Below, one piece after another: positions 18,702 through 26,109 of a stretch of DNA of 26,989 nt. The stretch comes from Pseudomonadales bacterium. Lineage in GTDB: Bacteria; Pseudomonadota; Gammaproteobacteria; Pseudomonadales; Azotimanducaceae. Below the pieces are notes generated by a model. The model saw nothing but the letters and a program-made list of their open reading frames with translations. It did no database searches and was not told the origin of the DNA. The DNA is taken from NCBI GenBank assembly GCA_050486425.1, contig JBJHDG010000001.1:1-26989 (forward strand), written 5' to 3'. How positions within the stretch are numbered: the first letter of the stretch is position 1; every line of letters starts with the position of its first letter. The position numbers and the translations under genes were made by a program.

Positions 18702-19312
18702 ACTCAGACAACGTCTACCAGGTTGACCCGCTGCAGCATCGACACCCGGAGCAACCGGCACTGGCGCCCATGTTTCTGCAACGTTGGTCACCGCGGGCCA
18801 TGTCCGGCGCAGCGGTCAGTCAGCAGGACCTGGAGGTGCTGCTGGAAGCGGCACGCTGGGCACCCTCCAGCAACAATGCCCAACCCTGGCGTTTCATTTA
18901 CGGCCACAGAGACACGCCAGCCTGGCAACCCTTGTTCGATCTGCTGCGTCCTGGCAACCAGCTGTGGGCTCATCAGGCTGGCGTACTCATACTCATCATT
19001 GCGCGCACTGCCTTTGAGCGCGACAACGGACCATCACCCACCTACGCCTTCGATACGGGTGCAGCCTGGATGAGCCTGGCGTTGCAGGCGCGGGCACTGA
19101 ATCTGGTGGCTCATGGGATGCGCGGCTTTGATGCCGAGCGGGCGACAATCCAGTATCAGATACCCGCTCTGTACCAGGTACAGGCCATGGTGGCCGTAGG
19201 TCATCCTGGGCAGATCGCAGACCTGCCCGCGGAGCTGCAGACCAGAGAAGTCCCATCACAGCGCAAGCCATTGGCCGCACTGATCAGTAACGGCCAGTTT
19301 GTCTGGGACTAG
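18698..19312 (+). CDS. Nitroreductase family protein
   Basis: RWSPRAM, LLEAARWAPSSNNAQPWRF, FDTGAAWMSLALQARALNLVAHGMRGFD. ATGA overlap with marR. Confidence 0.92.
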   Translation: MNSDNVYQVDPLQHRHPEQPALAPMFLQRWSPRAMSGAAVSQQDLEVLLEAARWAPSSNNAQPWRFIYGHRDTPAWQPLFDLLRPGNQLWAHQAGVLILIIARTAFERDNGPSPTYAFDTGAAWMSLALQARALNLVAHGMRGFDAERATIQYQIPALYQVQAMVAVGHPGQIADLPAELQTREVPSQRKPLAALISNGQFVWD

Positions 19313-19698
19313 CGGGTTTCGGCCAGGTGTCTTTCGCGTTTTTCGTAACGTTCCTGGGCTTCTACCGACAATGTTGCAATGGGTCTGGCTTCAAGGCGCG
19401 GAATGCCAATAGGCTCTCCGGTTTCCTCGCAATAGCCGTAACTACCGTCCTCGATGCGATTTAATGCCTCATCGATCTTCTTCAGCAGTTTTCGTTGCCG
19501 GTCACGCACCCGCAATTCAATGGCGTGGTCACTTTCAATAGTGGCGCGGTCGGCTTCATCACCGATCTCCCGGTTCGATTCACTGCGCAGGCCTTCAATG
19601 GTGGCGTCAGCTTCCTGAAGGATTTCCTGGCGCCAGTTGAGCAACTTGTTTTTGAAATACGCCAGTTGCTCCGGCGTCATATAGGGTTCCTGCTTCAT
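19309..19698 (-). CDS. dksA: RNA polymerase-binding transcription factor DksA, one-Cys (probably non-zinc) type
   Basis: EPYMTPEQLAYFK, coiled-coil tip GDEADRA (DxxD), ELRVRDRQRKLLKKIDEAL, GSYGYCEETGEPIGIPRLEARPIATLSVEAQE. Confidence 0.95.
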   Translation of the reverse strand: MKQEPYMTPEQLAYFKNKLLNWRQEILQEADATIEGLRSESNREIGDEADRATIESDHAIELRVRDRQRKLLKKIDEALNRIEDGSYGYCEETGEPIGIPRLEARPIATLSVEAQERYEKRERHLAETR

Positions 19699-19906
19699 CG
19701 CCTGGTATCTTCTCGCCTCTTAGGTTGCGCCTATTATTGCGCTTGGGTGGATGGTTACGCCGCTACGTTGGTTGGCAGCGGCTGCGGAATATGACCACGG
19801 CCACGCTGCCCTGTCCAGTTAGAAACAGATTTTTTTCGCGACCACAACAACAGTAGCCAGTGCTTTGAAATTGTCCAGGCAACAGGCTGGGCAAGCCAGC
19901 CCGGCA

Positions 19907-19923
19907 GTGTTATTTTATATCAC
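19907..19923. promoter_or_regulatory. Putative Zur box upstream of zrgA
   Basis: GTGTTAT-TTT-ATATCAC, one mismatch from TGTTAT-N3-ATAACA, ending 32 bp before the start of a zinc-uptake-family gene. Confidence 0.7.
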
Positions 19924-19955
19924 CCATCAGAGTCCGGTGCTGGAAGGGGTTCCAC

Positions 19956-20588
19956 ATGCTATGCCAATCTGTACGCAACCTGATGCCTGCGGTTCGCCCT
20001 GATTTATGCCATGCGTTGGCGCTCACAGCCCTGCTGCTGCCACTAACCACCTGGGGCGGCGCCGGACATAGCCATGAGCACGGTGTTGCAACGTTGAACC
20101 TGGCGTTAAGCCCATACCAGGTGCACTTGGAGTTTCTCAGCCCGGCCTACAACCTGCTGGGATTTGAACATGCGCCACAGACGCAGGCCCAGCAAACAGC
20201 TGTTAACCAGATGCTGACAGCACTGGCGGATGGTCATCTGTTCAATTTGCAAGGTGGCGGCTGCATCCTGGAAAGCCATGCGCTGGAAACCGGCTTTACC
20301 AAGGCGGATATGCCACGCCACGGCAATGAGCCGGGGCATGAACATAAACATGGTCATGCCCATCACGATCATCAGCACCTGCATGACGAACCCACCAACG
20401 CAGCCGGGTTTCATGACTTGCTGTTGCTGCTTGGTTACAACTGCGACGCCGTACCGGAACGGCTATCCATAGCGCCGCTGCTGGCGCAGTTTCCGGCCAT
20501 TGCACAGCTTCAGGTCCAGGTGGTGGGTATGCAGGGTCAGCGGGCACAGCAGTTGACGCCAGCGCAGCCAGTGATCAGGCTGCGCTAG
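19956..20588 (+). CDS. zrgA: ZrgA-family (DUF2796) His-rich periplasmic zinc uptake protein
   Basis: Signal-like N-terminus, HSHEHGVATLNLA, SPAYNLLGFEHAP, His tract at 20319-20384 (10 His in 22 residues), Cys pair GC...YNC. Confidence 0.82.
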   Translation: MLCQSVRNLMPAVRPDLCHALALTALLLPLTTWGGAGHSHEHGVATLNLALSPYQVHLEFLSPAYNLLGFEHAPQTQAQQTAVNQMLTALADGHLFNLQGGGCILESHALETGFTKADMPRHGNEPGHEHKHGHAHHDHQHLHDEPTNAAGFHDLLLLLGYNCDAVPERLSIAPLLAQFPAIAQLQVQVVGMQGQRAQQLTPAQPVIRLR

Positions 20589-20594
20589 CTGGCA

Positions 20595-21110
20595 TCAATC
20601 GTCCCACTCATAGATTTCAATACGCTCGGCCAGCATGCTGTACCCGGCATGAGCCAATTCTGACTCGGAGTGCTGCACCTGCAAACGGCCGGTAATCCAG
20701 AAGGCATTCCACTCCGGCTCATCCAGCACCTGAGGCTGCGCCAGCCGCACATGCACGATCTGATTGGACGGCGGCGGCGGCACATGGATGCAGGCGCCAA
20801 GGTACGGCACGAATAAAAACTCTGCCACACGCCGACCATCCATTTTCAGCGGCACCACGAAACCCGGCAGGCGCACCAGCAGGTTATCCAGGCCGGGCAC
20901 CACAGGCGCGTCCGGCGCCAGCTGCTCCATCATCACCATCTCGAAGTAGTCGTGCTCCATGATATCCGGCATGGGGGGCAACCAGTCTTCCGGCATCATG
21001 TCATCCCAACTGATTTCCAGTGGCGCCTCCGCCAGTACGGGCGAGGCCAGCAGACAGCACAGCAGCAGCACCCAGATAGACATGCCTGCTTGGGTTTTCC
21101 CATTCGACAT
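20595..21110 (-). CDS. DUF3299-family exported protein (ZrgD-like)
   Basis: Signal peptide, ISWDD, VRLPGFVVPL, FLFVPYLGACIHVPPPPSNQIVHV, WITGRL. Start may be the second Met (MSIWV). Confidence 0.85.
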   Translation of the reverse strand: MSNGKTQAGMSIWVLLLCCLLASPVLAEAPLEISWDDMMPEDWLPPMPDIMEHDYFEMVMMEQLAPDAPVVPGLDNLLVRLPGFVVPLKMDGRRVAEFLFVPYLGACIHVPPPPSNQIVHVRLAQPQVLDEPEWNAFWITGRLQVQHSESELAHAGYSMLAERIEIYEWDD

Positions 21111-21133
21111 CGGTAACTCAACTCCGGCCCAAA

Positions 21134-22390
21134 CTAAAGGCGCATAGACAGTCCATCAGCCAACGAATTCCGCAAGGCGCGCCAGGCCGGGACCAGACCG
21201 ATCAGAAACGCACCAGCCACCACGGCCAGCAGCATATACAATTCCCGCGGTGTGGGCGCCTGCAGCGCCAGATAAATGCCAAATCGCGCCTCCACCCAGC
21301 CCTGGGCCAGCGCCATGCCGGCATAGGCCAACAGCCAGCCTGTCACAGCACCACACAGCCCCAGCAAGGTGCTTTCCGCCAGCAACAGGGCAAAGATATA
21401 ACGCGGTTTCGCCCCCAACGCGCGCAGCACGGCCATTTCACGGCGCCGCTCATTCAAGCCGGCCAGAATGCCGATCAGCATGCCGGTCAGTCCGGTCAAC
21501 ACCACCATGGCAGCCACCATCAGCAAGGCCCGCTCGGCAATCCGCAGCAATCCCCAAAGCTCCTGTAGCGCAGCTGCAGGCAGAATGGCCAGCAGGGGTT
21601 CATCGCGAAACTGATTGATGGCGCGTTGCATACGAAAAATTTGCATGGGCTCATGCATACCCAGCAGGAAAGCCGTAATCGCTTGGGGTTGCAGGTCTGC
21701 GGCGACCAACTCATCCGCCTGGGGCAAGGCGCCAGGAATCCGGGTACCGGATTCCCAACCAATATGGATCGCCTCCATGCCCGCCAGACTGATATGCACA
21801 CCCTGATCCACCGGCGTCCCCGTATGCGCCAGGATGCCAACCACCTGGAACGGCAGGTTATCGTGCGCTGCAAAACTGCCATGACCCAAGCCGTGGCTGA
21901 TAACAATCTCCTGCCCCAGGCGATAACCCAAGGCTTCGGCCACGTTGGCACCCAGCACCACATCCAACACTTCCACAAAGGGGCCACCCTGGGCAAAGTG
22001 CAGCGCGCGATTCTGGCCGTAGCGGTAGTGGGTAAAATAATCGCCGGTGGTGCCAATCACCCGATAGCCACGATGAGAATCACCCAGACTGAGCGGAATG
22101 GACCAGGCAACATGGGGATGGCCCTTGATACGTTCGTAGCTGGCCCAGCTGATATTGTTGGTGGCGCTGCCCATACGAAAGACAGAGTACAGCAGCAGCT
22201 GAATCTGGCCCGTGCGTGCGCCCACAATCAAATCGGCGCCCGACACCGTATTCAGAAAACTGCTGCGGGTTTCCGTACGCACCTTTTCCACCGCCAACAG
22301 CAAAGCCACAGCCAACGCGATGGCCAGCACGCTAAGCACCAGATTTCCGCGCCGGTCCCAGATACTGGCCAGAATCAGCCGCGTCAGCAT
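21134..22390 (-). CDS. MacB/FtsX-type ABC permease (ZrgC-like)
   Basis: TM1, large periplasmic domain (GADLIVGARTGQIQLLLYSVF, PLSLGDSHRGYRVIGT), then ERRREMAVLRALGA and three TM helices. Confidence 0.88.
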   Translation of the reverse strand: MLTRLILASIWDRRGNLVLSVLAIALAVALLLAVEKVRTETRSSFLNTVSGADLIVGARTGQIQLLLYSVFRMGSATNNISWASYERIKGHPHVAWSIPLSLGDSHRGYRVIGTTGDYFTHYRYGQNRALHFAQGGPFVEVLDVVLGANVAEALGYRLGQEIVISHGLGHGSFAAHDNLPFQVVGILAHTGTPVDQGVHISLAGMEAIHIGWESGTRIPGALPQADELVAADLQPQAITAFLLGMHEPMQIFRMQRAINQFRDEPLLAILPAAALQELWGLLRIAERALLMVAAMVVLTGLTGMLIGILAGLNERRREMAVLRALGAKPRYIFALLLAESTLLGLCGAVTGWLLAYAGMALAQGWVEARFGIYLALQAPTPRELYMLLAVVAGAFLIGLVPAWRALRNSLADGLSMRL

Positions 22391-23100
22391 GAAGCTTCCT
22401 CAAAGGGTGCCTGGTTCAATGCCCGCATATCCAATATCTGATCAAAATGCTGCGCCAACCCCGGATCATGGCTGACAAACAACAAGGTGGTGCCGGCACT
22501 GTCACAGGCCGCCAGCAACAGCTCCATAAAGCGCTGGCGGGCATCAGTATCCAGCGCTGAGGTGGGCTCGTCTGCAATCAGCAGCGCCGGCGCTCCCATC
22601 AATGCCCGCGCCACCGCCACCCGCTGTTGCTGGCCGATGCTCAACTCCCGGGGTGTGCGCCGGCGCAGGTTATCCGTGGGCAGCCCCAGCTGCGCCAGTA
22701 ACGCCTGGGCCTGGGCCACCGGACCACCCGCAGCGCGGCTGCGGCGTAAGCGGGAAAAGTGACAAGGTAGCAGCAGGTTATCCAACAGCGACAGATAGGG
22801 CACCAGATTGAATTGCTGAAAGACGAACCCTATGTGATCAGCCCGAAAGGTATCCCGGGCCGGGCCACCCAGCGCAGCCAGCGACTGGCCCAGCACCCGC
22901 AGCTCACCACAGCTGGGCGTCAGCACCCCACCAATCAATCCCAGCAAAGTGGACTTGCCACTGCCACTGGGGCCGCGCAAAAACACCCGACTGCCCGCGG
23001 CTACCGACAACGCCGGCACCGACAACACCTCCGGCTGCCCAGGCTGCCAGCGAAACCCCAACGCCTCAATTTCAATAATGGCCGCGCGCTGATCAGACAC
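22384..23100 (-). CDS. ABC ATP-binding protein, LolD/MacB-type (ZrgB-like)
   Basis: Walker A GPSGSGKST, IGFVFQQFNLVPYL, signature LSIGQQQRVAVARAL, Walker B LIADEPTSALD, VSHD. Probable GTG start at 23100, since the ORF track's 23157 start runs into the promoter region. Confidence 0.9.
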   Translation of the reverse strand: MSDQRAAIIEIEALGFRWQPGQPEVLSVPALSVAAGSRVFLRGPSGSGKSTLLGLIGGVLTPSCGELRVLGQSLAALGGPARDTFRADHIGFVFQQFNLVPYLSLLDNLLLPCHFSRLRRSRAAGGPVAQAQALLAQLGLPTDNLRRRTPRELSIGQQQRVAVARALMGAPALLIADEPTSALDTDARQRFMELLLAACDSAGTTLLFVSHDPGLAQHFDQILDMRALNQAPFEEASC

Positions 23101-23176
23101 TCTGTGACCCCTGCTCCCTGGGGAAGCCCTCACAACGCCTGATGGTATAACAACCACCCCCGCAGGTCCCCATCAC

Positions 23177-23191
23177 TGTTACCTTGTAACA
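23177..23191. promoter_or_regulatory. Putative Zur box 1 in the divergent intergenic region
   Basis: Perfect 6-3-6 palindrome TGTTAC-CTT-GTAACA. Confidence 0.72.
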
Positions 23192-23211
23192 CGAGCCAGT
23201 AATAATATAAC
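23184..23211 (+). promoter_or_regulatory. Candidate sigma70 promoter for the barrel-znuABC-like operon
   Basis: TTGTAA (23184-23189), 16-bp spacer, TATAAC (23206-23211). Both hexamers lie inside the two putative Zur boxes. Confidence 0.4.
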
Positions 23212-23216
23212 ATTTC
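23198..23216. promoter_or_regulatory. Putative Zur box 2 in the divergent intergenic region
   Basis: AGTAAT-AAT-ATAACATTTC. The right half matches the extended gammaproteobacterial Zur consensus ATAACATTTC. Confidence 0.7.
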
Positions 23217-23272
23217 TGCCGAGGCCGAGAGCCGCCACTTTTTCCGCATCAACCATGAATCAGGGGATACCC

Positions 23273-24613
23273 ATGAAAACAGCAAACCGCCTTATTCCCG
23301 GCGTGCTGGCGCTGGCACTGGCAGCGCCAGCAACTTCACTGCAGGCCCAGCCAGAAACGGCAGCCGGCGCACAAAGCAGCAATCTCTTTAATCCCGCTAT
23401 GTCGGTCATCATTAATGGCGTCTACTACAGCGACAACCGTCATGGTGAAGGTGCCGGCCTGACACTGGCGGCGGATGGCTTTGCCGGCGGTCACAGCCAT
23501 GGGCATGATCATGGCCAGGGTCATGGCAGCCTCGAGCGCGGCTTCAACCTGCAGGAAGTGGAATTCGCCTTTTCCGCCAGCGTTGATGCCTATTTCGACG
23601 CCTTTGTGATGGCCGCACTGACGGACGGTGAGCTGGAACTGGAAGAAGCCTTTGTCACCACCCGCAACCTGCCAGCCGGTGTACAAGCCAAGTTTGGTAA
23701 GTTCCTGAGCGATGTGGGCTATATCAACAAACAGCATCCTCACAGCTGGCATTTCGTCGAGCGCCCTTTGGTCAACGCGCTGCTGTTTGGTGATCATGGT
23801 CTGCAGGAGTTGGGTGTGCAGCTCAGTTGGTTGGCGCCCACCGACAATTATCTGCGCCTGGGTGCAGAAGTGCTGCAGGGCGAATCCAACGGCATTGCCC
23901 AGTACCTGGGTGAAGCCGAAACCATAGCCGGTACCGCGCGTATTCTTAGCGAAGTCAGCGGTCCACGCCTGTTTACCGGCTTCGCCAAGTACGCACCCGA
24001 TCTGGGTTTTGATCATGCCGTACAACTGGGTTTTTCTCTGGGCTATTCCCGCAGCTATCAAAACAGCGTGGAACACAGCACCAGATATGAAGATCATGAT
24101 GGCACTGCCCAATTCTACGGTTTCGACCTGGTGTACAAACACACCCCAGGCGGTCGCACGTACGGCCAGTGGCTGGCCCAGTTTGAATATTTTCACCGCA
24201 AGCGCAGCATTGACCGCCGGGATGTTTATTTTGCCTGTCATCCTGCCGATCTTGACTGCACGGACCCAGGCAATGAATGGCAGATTGGCGATGTGCGCAA
24301 TGAACAGTCCTTCAGCGAAAAACAGGATGGTTACTATCTGGACGTGCTTTATGGCTTTGCGCCTCGCTGGTACGGCGGTCTGCGCTGGGAGCAGGTGGGC
24401 CTCACCAACAAATCCGGACGCGGCAGTGGCGAAAGCTGGGATGATAGCCGTCGTCTGTCCGCCGCACTAAGCTTTGCGCCTACCGAATTCTCCCGTCTGC
24501 GATTGCAACTGGCGCGCGCTGATGTCGCTGTTGATGACCACCGGGACAAACTCAATCAGGTTTTCCTACAATTCCAAATGAGCCTGGGTGCCCATGGCGC
24601 CCACGAGTTTTAA
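23273..24613 (+). CDS. Zinc-regulated outer-membrane beta-barrel protein (family often labelled 'zinc-regulated TonB-dependent receptor')
   Basis: Signal peptide, FNPAMSVIING, His tract HSHGHDHGQGH, FNLQEVEFAFSASVDAYF, GKFLSDVGYINKQHPHSWHFVERP, C-terminal QFQMSLGAHGAHEF. ATG 23273 has the better RBS; 23255 is an alternative start. Confidence 0.8.
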   Translation: MKTANRLIPGVLALALAAPATSLQAQPETAAGAQSSNLFNPAMSVIINGVYYSDNRHGEGAGLTLAADGFAGGHSHGHDHGQGHGSLERGFNLQEVEFAFSASVDAYFDAFVMAALTDGELELEEAFVTTRNLPAGVQAKFGKFLSDVGYINKQHPHSWHFVERPLVNALLFGDHGLQELGVQLSWLAPTDNYLRLGAEVLQGESNGIAQYLGEAETIAGTARILSEVSGPRLFTGFAKYAPDLGFDHAVQLGFSLGYSRSYQNSVEHSTRYEDHDGTAQFYGFDLVYKHTPGGRTYGQWLAQFEYFHRKRSIDRRDVYFACHPADLDCTDPGNEWQIGDVRNEQSFSEKQDGYYLDVLYGFAPRWYGGLRWEQVGLTNKSGRGSGESWDDSRRLSAALSFAPTEFSRLRLQLARADVAVDDHRDKLNQVFLQFQMSLGAHGAHEF

Positions 24614-24625
24614 TCGGGGCACATC

Positions 24626-25522
24626 ATGAATCGCTTATGGTTGCTGCGACTAATCCTGCTACCCGTCCTGCTACCTGGTTTGAGCCTGGCGGAGACGCCC
24701 CTGCGCGTGGCCGCCACCACCCCCAACATGGCCATGCTGGCACGCACAGTCGGTGGCTCAGCAGTGACCGTGCAGACACTGGCACCTGGCGATCGGGATG
24801 TGCATTACCTGGAAGCCCGGCCCAGCATGCTGGCGCACCTGCGCCGCGCAGACTTGGTCGTGGCGGTGGGTGCCGATCTGGAAGCGGGCTGGCTGCCTGT
24901 TGCCCTGCAACGGGCCGCCAATCCCGCCATTCAGCCGGGACGCAGCGGCTATCTGGCGCTGGCGGAACATCTGGATCTGCTGGCAGCAGACCAACCTGCG
25001 GATCGCGCCCTGGGTGATGTGCACCCCCTGGGCAATCCACATTTTTACTATGATCCGCAGCGCATGGCGCTGGCAGCCCAGCTGCTGGCAACACGCCTGG
25101 GTGAGTTACGCCCTGAGACCGCCGCAGACTTTCAGCAGCGGGCAGACGCCTTTGCCCAACTCATCAACAGTCAACTGCCCCACTGGCAAACCCGCAGCGC
25201 CCAGGCACCAGGCGCCGTGCTCTACCATAAAAATGCGGTCTATCTGCTGGAGCGATTTCAGATCCCGGTCCTGGCCTATATAGAACCCCTGCCCGGTATT
25301 CCCCCCAGCGGTCGCCATCTGCGCCACCTGGTACAGCAGTTGCGCTCCCGCCAAGGCGTGATTCTGCATCTGGTGTTCGAACCCGCTCGGGGACCCGCGT
25401 TTCTCAGTCGCCAACTGGGTTGGCCGGTGCATGTCATGCACGGCGAAGTTGCGCCGGACGGCAGCGCTGAGGATTATGTCGCCCTTATCGATGGCTGGAT
25501 CACCGCCTTGGAGCCACGTTGA
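24626..25522 (+). CDS. Metal ABC transporter substrate-binding protein (ZnuA/TroA cluster A-I)
   Basis: Signal peptide, VAATTP, DVHYLEARPS, GADLEAGWL, GDVHPLGNPHFYYDP, LYHKN. Three His positions fit a Zn-type site. Confidence 0.9.
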   Translation: MNRLWLLRLILLPVLLPGLSLAETPLRVAATTPNMAMLARTVGGSAVTVQTLAPGDRDVHYLEARPSMLAHLRRADLVVAVGADLEAGWLPVALQRAANPAIQPGRSGYLALAEHLDLLAADQPADRALGDVHPLGNPHFYYDPQRMALAAQLLATRLGELRPETAADFQQRADAFAQLINSQLPHWQTRSAQAPGAVLYHKNAVYLLERFQIPVLAYIEPLPGIPPSGRHLRHLVQQLRSRQGVILHLVFEPARGPAFLSRQLGWPVHVMHGEVAPDGSAEDYVALIDGWITALEPR

Positions 25523-26109
25523 GCGTTACACCGCAGCCCTCACTTACGGCAGCCACCACCTTACTGACGCTGCATGACCTGTGCGCCGGCTACCGCGCGC
25601 CCGTGGTGGGCCCCATCTCCCTGCAGATTCAGGCCGGAGAGATTGTTGGCTTGAGTGGCGTCAATGGCAGTGGCAAAACCACACTGCTGAAAGCCATCAC
25701 CGGCCAGGCCAGAATTTTTGCTGGCAGCGTACAGCGGCAGCCCGGCCTGCAACTGGCGTATCTGCGCCAGCACCCGGAACGACCACCGGAACTGCCACTG
25801 ACTGGCAGCGAAGTCATCGCGCTTGCCCAAGCAACGATCGCCCAACAGCCGGAGCGCCTGGCGGCCCTATCCCATCTGTGTCTGGATGAAATGAGTGGCG
25901 GCCAGTATCAGTTGCTGAAAACCTGGTGCGCACTGGCTGGTCCGGCGCAGTTGGTGTTGCTGGATGAGCCCACCAACAATCTGGATCAGGATGCCATGGA
26001 TCTGCTTCTGACCCAGTTGCGCACGCTGGCGCCGACGCGGGCGGTGCTCCTGGTAAGTCACGAACAGCTCTTTTTGACCAACGCCTGTTCCCGGCTGGTG
26101 CAGCTGTGA
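25519..26109 (+). CDS. Metal ABC transporter ATP-binding protein (ZnuC-like, short)
   Basis: GVNGSGKTT, MSGGQ, LLDEPTNNLD, VSHE. TTG start overlaps the upstream TGA, with GGAG 5 nt upstream. Confidence 0.87.
   Translation: MSVTPQPSLTAATTLLTLHDLCAGYRAPVVGPISLQIQAGEIVGLSGVNGSGKTTLLKAITGQARIFAGSVQRQPGLQLAYLRQHPERPPELPLTGSEVIALAQATIAQQPERLAALSHLCLDEMSGGQYQLLKTWCALAGPAQLVLLDEPTNNLDQDAMDLLLTQLRTLAPTRAVLLVSHEQLFLTNACSRLVQL

Noticed and set aside
21626-24241. Antisense ORFs 21626-22441 (+) and 23336-24241 (-)
   Set aside because: Shadows of the permease and barrel genes.
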